DNA of 64,000 nt from Candidatus Eiseniibacteriota bacterium (GTDB lineage Bacteria > Eisenbacteria > RBG-16-71-46 > CAZAMP01): the NCBI GenBank assembly GCA_965224245.1, contig OZ245046.1:1024001-1088000 (forward strand), in the 5' to 3' direction. A program made the translations under genes and the position numbers. This document shows, piece after piece, positions 8,474 to 18,302 of the stretch. Below the pieces are notes generated by a model. The model ran no database searches, was not told the origin of the DNA, and saw only the letters and a program-made list of their open reading frames with translations. Each line of letters opens with the position of its first letter. The first letter of the stretch is position 1.

Positions 8474-11461
8474 ATGACACCGCACCGGCTGATCCTCGCC
8501 CTCGTCGTTTCATGCTGTGCAGGCGGCGCATCCGCCACGGACTTCCAGTACGAGATCTTCCCCGGACCGGTGAACAGCTCCTTCGACCTCGCCCTCGACT
8601 GGGCGGGACGTCCCCACCTCGCGTACGAGAACCGCGACACGTACGACATGGAGCACGCCTCTCGCGGACCCGCCGTGTGGGTGGCGGAACCGATCGAGTG
8701 TTCGAGTCCGGCCTCGGACGCGAGGATGGCGATCAGCGTCGAGCCCGACGGCGACGTGCACATCGCATCGGGCTCCCAGGTCTGGGGGGGAGATCAGGAC
8801 TTCGTCACCTACTTTCATCAAGAGGACGGCATCTGGCAGAGCTGTGAATACGTCCTGATCGGACCCGGTCGCGGGTTCGTCTGGATACCGGATGTCGAGG
8901 CGGACCGGCTGGGCCGCACGCATCTCGTTGCCCACACCTCTTCCGGGAACTCGGACACCTACTACCTCCGCCGCGACGGCGACGTGTGGTCAGAGGTGTT
9001 CACGCTTCCCTGCTGGGGTCGGATCGATCTCGAGCTCGACTGGACCCGACACACACCCGGGGCTCTGTACCGCAGCCACGTCGACTATCCACTCTATCGC
9101 GCCGACTTCACCCAGGAGCCCTTCGGAGACGTGGGAGGTCCCTGGGAGTCCGAGACCGTCACGTCCGACGGGTATCTCGCATTCCACTTCGGGATCCTCG
9201 GTATCCCACACGTGGCCATCGGCACGTCGACGGACGTCGAGTACGGCTACCGGGAGACCACCGGGGAATGGCTGATCTCTCCCGTCCTGTCCGGGTACTG
9301 GGTGTACGGGATCGAGCTCGAGATCGACAGCGGCCAGGATCCCCATATCGTCTTCTCCGATCGGAACACGAACCAGCTCTTCTACGCCCGGCGTGTGAGC
9401 GGTGTGTGGTCGGTCGAGGTCATCGACGCACACGACTTCAACGATTCCTTCGCCCTCGCCCTGGACCCCTACGACAACCCCCACGTCGCGTACTGGGACC
9501 GTGTGGCGTCCGAGCTGACATACGCGGCGGTACGGGACTGCGACGGGGACGGCGTCCTCGACGACGTGGAGATCGCGAACGGGACCGCCATGGATTGCAA
9601 CGAGAACGGCGTTCCCGACGATTGCGAGATCGACGCCGGCGTGGCGAGCGACTGCAACGGCAACGGCATCATCGACGGGTGCCCGGAGGAGTCGGACTGC
9701 GACGAGGACGGCACCCCCGACGACTGCGAGATCGCCGCGGGCACCGCCTTCGACTGCAACGGCAATGGCATTCCCGATGGGTGCGAGATGGCGTCGGGCA
9801 TCGGCGACTGTGACGGGAATGGCGAGGCGGATCTGTGCCAGTTCGCGTCGGAGCTCACGCTCGTTGGAGGCAGTCGATCCGTGTACGGCGACGTCAACGG
9901 GGATGGCCTCACGGACGTCGTCCTCGGAGAGCCGGATCACAACGACGGTCGTGGACACGCGGCGCTGTTCTACGGCTCCGATCCGACCGACGTCACCGCC
10001 GATCGGACGTACGATGGAAGCGACGTCCTCGAGGGTCTGGGAACCTCACTCGCCATGGGGGATCTCGACCACGATGGGTTCGACGACTACGTCATCGGGG
10101 CGCCGGGCCCGGGACCGGGGGATCCGCTCTACCACAACGGCAGCTTTCGCATCGGCTTCGGCGCGGCCGACGACGCGGACGTCGTCGAGGTCGTGTACGA
10201 CACCCCCGGGTGGAAGGATCAGCTCGGCTACGCCGTCGCCATCGTGGACGTGAACGGAGACGAACACGATGATCTGGTGGTGGGGGTTGCCTGGAACGCG
10301 TCGATTCAGTTCTTTCTCGGCAACCCGTTCGACTTGACACCTGACGCCACCTGGTACGGCGCCTCCGGCTCGGGCTTCGGAAAGATGATCGAGCGAGTGG
10401 GCGACGTGAACGAAGACGGTCTCGACGACCTGCTCGTGGGGCTGTCCTCGCTCGACGAGGCCAGAGTGTATCTGTCCCAGTACGGCGGCCTTCCGGTCGA
10501 GGGGCCGACGCTCACCGGCATGTCGGCCGGGGAGGCGTTCGGCTTCTCCGGTGGCGGCGTCGGCGACGTGAACGGCGACGGCCATCACGACGTGATCGTG
10601 GGCGCTCCGTCGTACGACGGCGCAATGGCCGATCAGGGACGTGCCTACCTGTTCCTCGGCGGACCGGGAATGGACGGCGTCGCCGACCTCGTACTCGAAG
10701 GGTCGGCTGCGGGCGAGGCCCTGGGCCGCGATGCCACCATCATTCCCGACGTCAACGGTGACGGGTTCGACGAGGTGTTCCTGGGCAACGACACCGGGCA
10801 GGAGGCGCCACGGATGTCGGGCCGGGCCTACATGTGCCTGGGTGGTGATCCCCTGGACGACGCGCTCGATCAGTTCTTCGCGGGACAGCGCGATCACGAC
10901 GAGGCCGGATCCTCGGTCGGCTACGCCGGCGACACCGACGGCGACGGCCGGCCCGAGATGCTGGTCGGTGCGCCGGCCTACTGTCCACCCGGGGGTGGAT
11001 GTCCCGGCGGACCGATCGAGCCCCGGTCTTATCTCTTCGAGTACGACCTGCCGGCGCTCGGGGATTGCAATGCCAACGGGGTGAACGATGCGTGCGACAT
11101 CGCCGATGGAACCTCCGGAGATTCGGACGGTGACGGTGTGCCCGACGAGTGCCAGCTGCTCGGCATCGAGGACATCCCGGCCGTTCCGGGCATCCGGATC
11201 GTGGGGGTGTATCCGACGCCGTTCCACGCGACGACGCGGATCGTGATCGATCTCGACGAGAGGGGGCGCGTGGAGGCGGACGTGTTCGACACGGCGGGCC
11301 GCCACGTGACGGCGCTCGCCGACGGAGCCCGCCCCGCGGGGCGCCACGTTCTGGGCTGGAACGGTCGCGCCGAAGGACGCTCGATCTCGGGCGGGACCTA
11401 CTTCGTCCGGGTACGGGCGCTGGGTCGCGAGCTCACGTCGAGGCTGATTCTGGTCAGGTAG
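8474..11461 (+). CDS. Large secreted protein: N-terminal propeller, Cys/Asp-rich DCNxNG repeats, FG-GAP propeller, FlgD-Ig/T9SS-like CTD
   Basis: Signal peptide; 'LALDxxxxPHxAY' blades; 6+2 DC(N/D)xxGxPDxC repeats; GDVNGDG..DVIVGAP FG-GAP repeats; CTD PTPF...GTYFVRV. Confidence 0.88.
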   Translation: MTPHRLILALVVSCCAGGASATDFQYEIFPGPVNSSFDLALDWAGRPHLAYENRDTYDMEHASRGPAVWVAEPIECSSPASDARMAISVEPDGDVHIASGSQVWGGDQDFVTYFHQEDGIWQSCEYVLIGPGRGFVWIPDVEADRLGRTHLVAHTSSGNSDTYYLRRDGDVWSEVFTLPCWGRIDLELDWTRHTPGALYRSHVDYPLYRADFTQEPFGDVGGPWESETVTSDGYLAFHFGILGIPHVAIGTSTDVEYGYRETTGEWLISPVLSGYWVYGIELEIDSGQDPHIVFSDRNTNQLFYARRVSGVWSVEVIDAHDFNDSFALALDPYDNPHVAYWDRVASELTYAAVRDCDGDGVLDDVEIANGTAMDCNENGVPDDCEIDAGVASDCNGNGIIDGCPEESDCDEDGTPDDCEIAAGTAFDCNGNGIPDGCEMASGIGDCDGNGEADLCQFASELTLVGGSRSVYGDVNGDGLTDVVLGEPDHNDGRGHAALFYGSDPTDVTADRTYDGSDVLEGLGTSLAMGDLDHDGFDDYVIGAPGPGPGDPLYHNGSFRIGFGAADDADVVEVVYDTPGWKDQLGYAVAIVDVNGDEHDDLVVGVAWNASIQFFLGNPFDLTPDATWYGASGSGFGKMIERVGDVNEDGLDDLLVGLSSLDEARVYLSQYGGLPVEGPTLTGMSAGEAFGFSGGGVGDVNGDGHHDVIVGAPSYDGAMADQGRAYLFLGGPGMDGVADLVLEGSAAGEALGRDATIIPDVNGDGFDEVFLGNDTGQEAPRMSGRAYMCLGGDPLDDALDQFFAGQRDHDEAGSSVGYAGDTDGDGRPEMLVGAPAYCPPGGGCPGGPIEPRSYLFEYDLPALGDCNANGVNDACDIADGTSGDSDGDGVPDECQLLGIEDIPAVPGIRIVGVYPTPFHATTRIVIDLDERGRVEADVFDTAGRHVTALADGARPAGRHVLGWNGRAEGRSISGGTYFVRVRALGRELTSRLILVR
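9536..9840 (+). repeat. Tandem DCNxNG(I/V)PDxC Ca-binding-like repeats (6 units)
   Basis: Counted in the translation of 8474-11461. Confidence 0.8.
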
Positions 11462-11485
11462 CCGAAAGGGCAGAGGGAGCGCATC

Positions 11486-14400
11486 GTGCATCATCCCCAT
11501 CATCGGAACGGATGGCGGTCACGAATCGTGGTGGCTTCGCGACCGGCGTTCACTGCCCTCGTCGCGTTCGCGTCTCCAGCCGGTGCCATCGACTTCACCT
11601 TCGAGACGGTCGTCCCGTCCGGGGCCGGACCCGCGGCGATCGCCGTGGACGAGACGGGCATCCCTTGCATCGTCTACGAGGATCTCGTGACCGGCGGGCC
11701 GATGTACACCGTGTGGAACGGATCGGGCTGGGACACCGAGCCCGCTGGAGCCGCGATCGATCCGACCAGCCTCTACAACTTCGATCTCGACCTCGACCCG
11801 ACTGGCCAGCCGCACCTCGTTCACTGCTGGGACAACCCGACGAGCAACGGCGTCGCCTACCGGTTCCGGGACGCGAGCGGCACCTGGACCCGCGACGTGA
11901 TCGACGCGGTGCCGTCCGAGCTGGATCCGTTTCTTCTCTCGCGACTGGAGGTGGACGCCGCGGGGCGGGTGCACGTGATCTCGTACCAGATCAACCGCTC
12001 CATCGGTGATCGACTCGAGTACGTACGCAAGGACCCCGGTGGCGACTTCGAGCTGGTTCTGGGCATCGACGGAGATCGAGCCGCGGACATCGCACTCGCG
12101 AACGAGGTCAGCCCACGCATCGTCTACCTGAAGGAAGGCGGTCACGGTCTCTACTACCTGTTTCCCGATCCCGACGGTGGTTCCTCGTGGTTCACCGACC
12201 AGATCAGCGGGGCGGGGTTCGCGCAGCTCGCTCTCGTCATGGAGGGCTCCGCGATCGCGCACATCGCGAACTTCACCGGCAACCGGACGCTTCGGCACGT
12301 CTCGAACGCTACCGGGTCCTGGGTCGAGACGGACATCGACACCGATGAGAACGCAGGATGGCAGCCGTCGATCGCGCTGGACGAGAACGACGTTCCACAC
12401 CTCGCCTACTCGTACTCGCCGACCGACGACCTCCGCTACGCGACGTCTGCCGGTGGCTCGTGGAGTGAGCGCACACTCGACGCGGTCGGCGACACGGGGC
12501 ATTCGAGCGGTATCGTCATGGATGTGTTCGGCAATCCGCACATCGTGTACCTGGATGAGACGAACCAGGCCGTTCGCTACGCCTACATCCGGGACTGCGA
12601 CGCCGACGGCGTGTCCGACGCCGACGAGATCGCGGCCGGGACCGCCTTCGACTGCAACGGCAACGGGATCCCCGACGAGTGTGACGTCCTGACCGGGGCC
12701 GCGGAGGATTGCAACGGGAACGGACTCGCCGATTCGTGCGAGACCGACTGCAACGCGAACGGCGTGCCGGACGATTGCGACATTGCCGGCGGCACCTCGC
12801 AGGACTGCAACGGCGACGGTGTCCCCGACGAGTGCGAGCCCGACTGCGACGGCGACGGCGTCCCGGATGCCTGCGATACGTTCGAGGACTGCAACGGCAA
12901 CGGGGTGCCCGACGAGTGCGACATCGCCGACGGCACGTCCTACGACTGCAACATCAACGGCGTCCCGGACGAGTGTGACGGGCTGCCCGACTGCAACGAG
13001 AACGGCGTTCCGGATCGATGCGACATTCTCGATGGCACGTCCGGCGACTGCGATTTCGACGACGTCCCGGACGAGTGCCAGGCGTCGTACGCCGACTGCA
13101 ACGGAAACGGCATCTTCGATCGCTGCGACATCGAGGATGGGACGTCCCTGGACTGCAACGTCAACCTCACACCGGACGAGTGTGACCTCGTGGACGGGTT
13201 CACCGACTGCGATCTCGATGGGGTGATCGACGTCTGCAACCTCGTGCTGAAGCTGGAGCTGGACGGTGCGTCGGCCGGCAACGAGTTCGGTCGCGCGATC
13301 GCGAGCGGGGACATGAACGGCGACGGACTCCCGGACCTCATGGTCGGAGCCCCGGGCTTCGGGGCCAGGCTCGTGTACGTCTACCTCGGCGGCGAGCCGA
13401 TGGACGACGTGCCCGACCTGGAGCTGAGCGGCACCGGCGCGACGTTCGGCACGGCGATCGCGGTGGGAGACTTCAACGCGGACACCTACGACGACGTCGC
13501 CGTGGGGGCTCCCCACTCGGGCTCCGGAGCCAAGCGCGTGTACGTGTTCCTCGGCTCATCGGTTCCCGACGCGTCCGCCGACGTCGTCATCAGCGCAGGC
13601 ACGAGCGGAGCCAACAACGAGTTCGGCGCGGCGCTGGCGGCGGTGAACGTGAACGGGGACGCGAACATGGATCTGGCGGTGGGGGTGCCCGCGAACGGGA
13701 ACGCCCACGTCCGGATCTATCTCGGCGACGACTTGACGAGCACGTGGGCGACGCTCACCGGCGCGGGCACCAGCGACGAGTTCGGCGCGTCGGTCGGAAA
13801 CGCCGGTGACGTGGATGGAGACGGACTCGAGGACGTCGTGGTCGGGGAGTTCGAGAGCGACGTGCCGGGCTTCCCCGCGGCCGGACGCGCGCATCTGTTC
13901 CTCTCGCAGCCCGGCGGGACGCCGGTACCGGGCCCGGAGTACCTCGGCGAGGCCGCGGGATCCCGCTTCGGCTACACGGTCTCGGGCGCGGGGGACGTGA
14001 ACGACGACGGCTTCGCCGACGTGGTGGTGGGGGCTCCGTATCACGCCACGTCCGTCAGAGGGGCCGCGTTCCTCTACCTGGGCGACGTGGTGCCCGACGC
14101 CACGGTGGATCTCATGATCGAGGGCATCGACTGGTTCGATCCCATCGGGGGCACGGTCGGGCCGGCCGGTGACGTGAACGGCGACGGCATCGACGACTTC
14201 CTGGTGGGAGTCGGTCTGGGTGGCTTCGGTGACGGGCTCGCGCACCTGTACTTCGGGGGCGACGACCTCGACGCCGAGAGCGAGAGGGTGTTCTTCGCGC
14301 CGCTCTCGTACGACGGCGTGGGCTCGGTGGGACCGCTCGGAGACATCGACGGGGACGGATACCCCGAGTTCGTGGTCGGAGGACCGGAGCACGACGTGCA

Positions 14401-14851
14401 GCGCGGTCGCGTGATGATCTTCGACATCGACATTCCGGACTTCGGGGACTGCAACGACAACGGGGACCCCGATGCCTGTGACATCTCCGGCGGTGCGTCC
14501 TTCGACGTGAACGAGGACGGCATTCCGGACGAGTGTCAGGCGCTATCCACCGAGACCGGATCCTCGACATCACTTCGAACCCGCCTCATCGGTGCATCCC
14601 CGGCGCCGTTCGGCGAGGCGGCCGAAGTCCGGTACGAGCTTGCCGCTGCCTCGCACGTGGTGCTCGAAGTGTTCGATGCCGCCGGGCGCCGCGTGGCGCA
14701 CGTGGACGAGGGGCCGATCGCGGCGGGTCGACACACGATCGTCTGGGTCGGGCGGGACGATGGGGGCCGCTCGTTGCCGAGTGGCGCCTACTTCCTGTCG
14801 CTCTGGCTCGACCACGAACGGTTCAGCTCGCGGCTCGTGTTGCTGCGGTAG
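11486..14851 (+). CDS. Tandem paralog of the preceding gene: propeller + 13 DCNxNG repeats + FG-GAP + FlgD-Ig/T9SS-like CTD
   Basis: Same domain order as 8474-11461; shared peptide EIAAGTAFDCNGNGIPD; CTD PAPF...WVGRDDGG...SGAYFL. Start codon uncertain. Confidence 0.88.
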   Translation: MHHPHHRNGWRSRIVVASRPAFTALVAFASPAGAIDFTFETVVPSGAGPAAIAVDETGIPCIVYEDLVTGGPMYTVWNGSGWDTEPAGAAIDPTSLYNFDLDLDPTGQPHLVHCWDNPTSNGVAYRFRDASGTWTRDVIDAVPSELDPFLLSRLEVDAAGRVHVISYQINRSIGDRLEYVRKDPGGDFELVLGIDGDRAADIALANEVSPRIVYLKEGGHGLYYLFPDPDGGSSWFTDQISGAGFAQLALVMEGSAIAHIANFTGNRTLRHVSNATGSWVETDIDTDENAGWQPSIALDENDVPHLAYSYSPTDDLRYATSAGGSWSERTLDAVGDTGHSSGIVMDVFGNPHIVYLDETNQAVRYAYIRDCDADGVSDADEIAAGTAFDCNGNGIPDECDVLTGAAEDCNGNGLADSCETDCNANGVPDDCDIAGGTSQDCNGDGVPDECEPDCDGDGVPDACDTFEDCNGNGVPDECDIADGTSYDCNINGVPDECDGLPDCNENGVPDRCDILDGTSGDCDFDDVPDECQASYADCNGNGIFDRCDIEDGTSLDCNVNLTPDECDLVDGFTDCDLDGVIDVCNLVLKLELDGASAGNEFGRAIASGDMNGDGLPDLMVGAPGFGARLVYVYLGGEPMDDVPDLELSGTGATFGTAIAVGDFNADTYDDVAVGAPHSGSGAKRVYVFLGSSVPDASADVVISAGTSGANNEFGAALAAVNVNGDANMDLAVGVPANGNAHVRIYLGDDLTSTWATLTGAGTSDEFGASVGNAGDVDGDGLEDVVVGEFESDVPGFPAAGRAHLFLSQPGGTPVPGPEYLGEAAGSRFGYTVSGAGDVNDDGFADVVVGAPYHATSVRGAAFLYLGDVVPDATVDLMIEGIDWFDPIGGTVGPAGDVNGDGIDDFLVGVGLGGFGDGLAHLYFGGDDLDAESERVFFAPLSYDGVGSVGPLGDIDGDGYPEFVVGGPEHDVQRGRVMIFDIDIPDFGDCNDNGDPDACDISGGASFDVNEDGIPDECQALSTETGSSTSLRTRLIGASPAPFGEAAEVRYELAAASHVVLEVFDAAGRRVAHVDEGPIAAGRHTIVWVGRDDGGRSLPSGAYFLSLWLDHERFSSRLVLLR
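12593..13240 (+). repeat. Tandem DCNxNG(I/V)PDxC repeats (13 units)
   Basis: Counted in the translation of 11486-14851. Confidence 0.8.
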
Positions 14852-14947
14852 GCGGGGCGGCAGCCGTCGCCCCGGAGCCCCAGCTCCCCGGACGGCACGA
14901 CCTAAATCGAGTCCCGGACACCCTGCCGTCGTCCATCCGCGACGCGG

Positions 14948-16351
14948 TCACTTCAACAACGTCATCCGCCTGGTCTCCACGTGGCCTCCCACGACGAGGC
15001 TGTAGAAGTACACCCCGGACGCGAGGACCGCCCCCTCGGGGGTACGCGCCGTCCAGGTCACCTCGTTCAGGCCTGAAGGCGATGCATCACCGTCGAGCGG
15101 CCGACCCACCAGACGGCCGGCGGCGTCGTAGATGCTCAGCTGCACCGCCTCGGCGCGCGCGAGGGAGAAGCGGATGGTCGTTCGGGGGTTGAACGGGTTC
15201 GGGGAGCAATCGTGCAGTCGGGGCGTCGCAGAAGTCGATGTCCATTCCGGCACGTCGATGACGTCGGGCAGCATGCTGATGTGCATGTGGGTGTGGTGGA
15301 ACAGATACCACCCCAGTCCGGAGTCCTCCGTCTCGTAAGCCAGGGGAACCGCCGACCGGAGCTCCGCATCGATCCAGCCGAGCGTCACCAGCTCGTCGAG
15401 GGCGCTCTCGAGGATCGGACCGATCCGTCCGTCCACGCCTACGGCTCGCAGGTTGGGATGCTCGCTGAGATAGGCGATGAACAGGGCGGTCCGCCAGGGA
15501 TCGAGCGCGTACGGGTCGTCCACGAGGTGATACTGGTCCACCGTTCCCAGGTAGTGATCGCCCACGGCTCGCAGAAGATCGTCCGGCGCGTACAGCTGGT
15601 AGTAGCCGGTGTCGATGTCCTTGCCGTCCTCGTGTGTTCCCGGTGGATGCCTCGGCGCGCCGACGTCGGTGCCGGGTGTGCCACTGTCGGCCTGACTCAT
15701 GTCTCCGAGGCCGAGAGGGGCGAAGTTGCCGTAGTCCCAGTCCGTGGTCTTGCACTCGACCTTGGCGGCGGCGTACTTGATGAGGTAGACGAGATCCCGT
15801 CGCAGATAGCTGTACCGCTGGTCGTCCCACGTCTCGCCGCCCGGCATGGGGTAGTTCAGGTACCCGGGGCCTTCGACCGGCTCGAACGGGATCAGCTCGC
15901 TGCAGTAGAAGATGTCGCCGTCTTCACAGAGCACGGGCGGAAGATCACCGCAGTCCGGACCCGGCGCCGGACCGGGATACGGTGTCACCGCCAGCTCCCG
16001 GGTCACGAACCACGTCCCGAGCAGAACCGAGGACTGCCACACATCGCCGGCGATGGTCTCTCCGACGACGGTGCCGTCGAGCCCGAGGACCGCCGGATCG
16101 CCGATCGTGACGACGTCTCCGTCGATGGTCATGGGAAGTGACTGATGAAAGGCCCCGATCTCCGGAACGTACAGCACGGCCACGCCCGTGCCGCCCGAGT
16201 CGGTGAGATGGAGATCGACGGGGGTGGTGAAGAACTCGTCGTCCACGCTCCAGCCGGCGCCGTACCACTGACCGCTCAGATCCGCACGCGCTTGCATCGG
16301 ACCGAGCAGGAGCATCAGCAGCGCCGGTGCGAGCACTGTTGGCCGCGCCAT
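14948..16351 (-). CDS. Secreted MepA-like (LAS-type Zn) murein endopeptidase-domain protein with FlgD-Ig/T9SS-like CTD
   Basis: Signal peptide; LGDMS...HPPGTHEDGKDID (H-x6-D) and HHTHMH (HxH) motifs; CTD PNPFNPRTTIRFSL...SGVYFY. Confidence 0.7.
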   Translation of the reverse strand: MARPTVLAPALLMLLLGPMQARADLSGQWYGAGWSVDDEFFTTPVDLHLTDSGGTGVAVLYVPEIGAFHQSLPMTIDGDVVTIGDPAVLGLDGTVVGETIAGDVWQSSVLLGTWFVTRELAVTPYPGPAPGPDCGDLPPVLCEDGDIFYCSELIPFEPVEGPGYLNYPMPGGETWDDQRYSYLRRDLVYLIKYAAAKVECKTTDWDYGNFAPLGLGDMSQADSGTPGTDVGAPRHPPGTHEDGKDIDTGYYQLYAPDDLLRAVGDHYLGTVDQYHLVDDPYALDPWRTALFIAYLSEHPNLRAVGVDGRIGPILESALDELVTLGWIDAELRSAVPLAYETEDSGLGWYLFHHTHMHISMLPDVIDVPEWTSTSATPRLHDCSPNPFNPRTTIRFSLARAEAVQLSIYDAAGRLVGRPLDGDASPSGLNEVTWTARTPEGAVLASGVYFYSLVVGGHVETRRMTLLK

Positions 16352-16777
16352 CGTGAAACTCCTCGTTCGAGCTCACACGTCATCATGTGTCACCTACGGT
16401 GGCGATGACGAACACCACGTTGATTGTATCGCCTCTCGGGTCGTGCGGCGGTGGCTGTGGTCGAGAACAGCACCTCTGGCTGGAACGCCGTTCGAGAACC
16501 CACGGGGATGAGAAGGACACCCTCCGGGCGATCGGGAGGAAGTGCCGCGATGTGTCATTGCGACAGCGGTCCCTGGGTCACGCCCGCGAGCGGTGGCGCC
16601 CCGGAAGCCCGAAGGAACGCCTCGCTCAGGATCCGCGGCGGTCGGGCGTCGATCTGACGTCATCGGCAGACCTGCCTCCGGCGGGGCAAGAGCGACCGGC
16701 GCCGGCCCGCTTCCGGGCACACGCGGAGGCTCGGCGCAACGCCGGGGCAACGGGGGCGACGACGGCGGGTCGGTGGG

Positions 16778-16793
16778 CTGGCACCTCGCTTGC
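16778..16793 (+). promoter_or_regulatory. sigma54 (-24/-12) promoter
   Basis: CTGGCACCTCGCTTGC, about 70 bp upstream of ATG 16863. Confidence 0.75.
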
Positions 16794-16862
16794 GTCTCAC
16801 ACGACACGGACACGTCGTCCACGGTCACTCGAGGCTGCTCGCCCGCATGGGAGGTCGTTCAG

Positions 16863-17396
16863 ATGCGTTTCAGTGCCACTCTCGTCGCCATCGGAATCAC
16901 TCTGGTCACGTGTGTCTCCGCCTACGCGGATCAGAGCTGCGTCGCTACCTGCGGCACGCCGCCGGGCGATCGATCGGGGTCGATCACGATGTGGATCGGG
17001 GACAATCCGGGTGCGTGCGGCGCCGGCTGCCAGTTCGTTCCCGAGGTCGGCATGATGTTCACGATCGTCGGCTACGGCGGGGGTGGAGAGGGGACCGGCT
17101 GTACGCTCGGTGCTGGTGACTGTTGCCTCCACGCGAAGCTCTGCGATGCCTGGGTGAACTCGGTCGACTGCGGTGACATCCAGCAGAACCAGACGTGGTG
17201 CTGGAGAGAGGCTCCCCCGATCGGCTGTCTCGCGGACACGACCCCATGGTTCGAAGTGGCGGCCGATCGCACAGGCGTGCTTGACCACACACCGTATGTG
17301 TGCGGTGAACAGTTCGAGATCGTGCAAGTCAACAGCTCGAGCTTTCCGTACTGCATAGAGGTGGTGGCCGCGGAGTGCAACTCGTGGTCGAAGTAG
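16863..17396 (+). CDS. Small secreted Cys-rich hypothetical protein (14 Cys in mature part)
   Basis: SD GGGAGG; signal peptide MRFSATLVAIGITLVTCVSAYA; ends ...VAAECNSWSK. Confidence 0.75.
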   Translation: MRFSATLVAIGITLVTCVSAYADQSCVATCGTPPGDRSGSITMWIGDNPGACGAGCQFVPEVGMMFTIVGYGGGGEGTGCTLGAGDCCLHAKLCDAWVNSVDCGDIQQNQTWCWREAPPIGCLADTTPWFEVAADRTGVLDHTPYVCGEQFEIVQVNSSSFPYCIEVVAAECNSWSK

Positions 17397-17409
17397 ATGG
17401 AGATCGCGC

Positions 17410-17439
17410 GGCCGCCCGGGTTCATCGACCCGGGTGGCC
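17410..17439 (+). terminator. GC-rich hairpin after stop (possible terminator, no U tract)
   Basis: GGCCGCCCGGGT / ACCCGGGTGGCC stem with one G-U pair. Confidence 0.4.
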
Positions 17440-17684
17440 CCGCGGCTCTCGGACGAGTCGCGTACGGCCTGCTTCGCCGGGGATCTCGTACCATTCAATC
17501 AATGAAACATAGATATCAAATGGACTTTGATGGACGATCCGTCCCATCCTCTCTCGTGCCAGGGGATGAGAACAGTTAATCGCCCCATTCGGGGCACCAA
17601 CCAGAGCACCCTGGCTAGCCGGGGTCGTTCCCGGCGGATTCGTCGGGCCCCGCCACGCGGAGCACCCTGGAATACCCATAGAGA

Positions 17685-17714
17685 TTGACACCACGTGTCT
17701 GTGTGCATTATACG
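17685..17714 (+). promoter_or_regulatory. Possible sigma70 promoter
   Basis: TTGACA-N18-TATACG in an AT-richer intergenic stretch upstream of 17805. Confidence 0.35.
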
Positions 17715-18302
17715 TCTCACCCGTCGTGACTATGAGCGGACGTTCTCGCGATCTGGATCACCTCAATTGGCCTTGGATCTTCTCTATTGATCGGAGGTTG
17801 GGTAATGCGCCGTGTTTTGGTCTCGGCGTCGTGCTCGCTCGTGGTCTCGTCCTCCCTCTGCCTCGCGGTCGATCGCGCGTCGCTCTCCATCCATCTCGAG
17901 CCGGCGTCCTACGACGGGTGTGACGCGTTCGACGCCGTCGCGTCGACCTGCTCGGATCTCGTCGTCGAAGGAGATGCCAGTGTCGCGCAGTTCGCCTTCG
18001 TCGTCGCCGCCGGAGTCGGGCAGCTCGAGGGCCTGCAGTTCGGCATCGAGTACGACGCCGCGGTCGACGTCTCGAGCTGGCAGCTGTGCACGGGTGGCTT
18101 TCAGGTGCCTGAGGACGGGTGGCCCGATTCGGGAAGCGCGATCGCGGTCACATTCAACCCCGAGGCCTCGACGACGGCGGAGGACAGCCTCGTGGTCGTG
18201 GGCTGTAGAGAGACACCCCAGAGTTGAGCTAAGGCGACACCCAGATTTACGCACTATCGCGTAAGTCCTATGTCTGTGACGCTCTCGATCGAGGAGGGCG
18301 TC

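Noticed and set aside
12593-13240. Regularly recurring GACTGCAACG units resembling a CRISPR array
   Set aside because: They are degenerate codon-level repeats of the DCNxNG peptide inside a CDS. Spacing is irregular and there are no cas genes.
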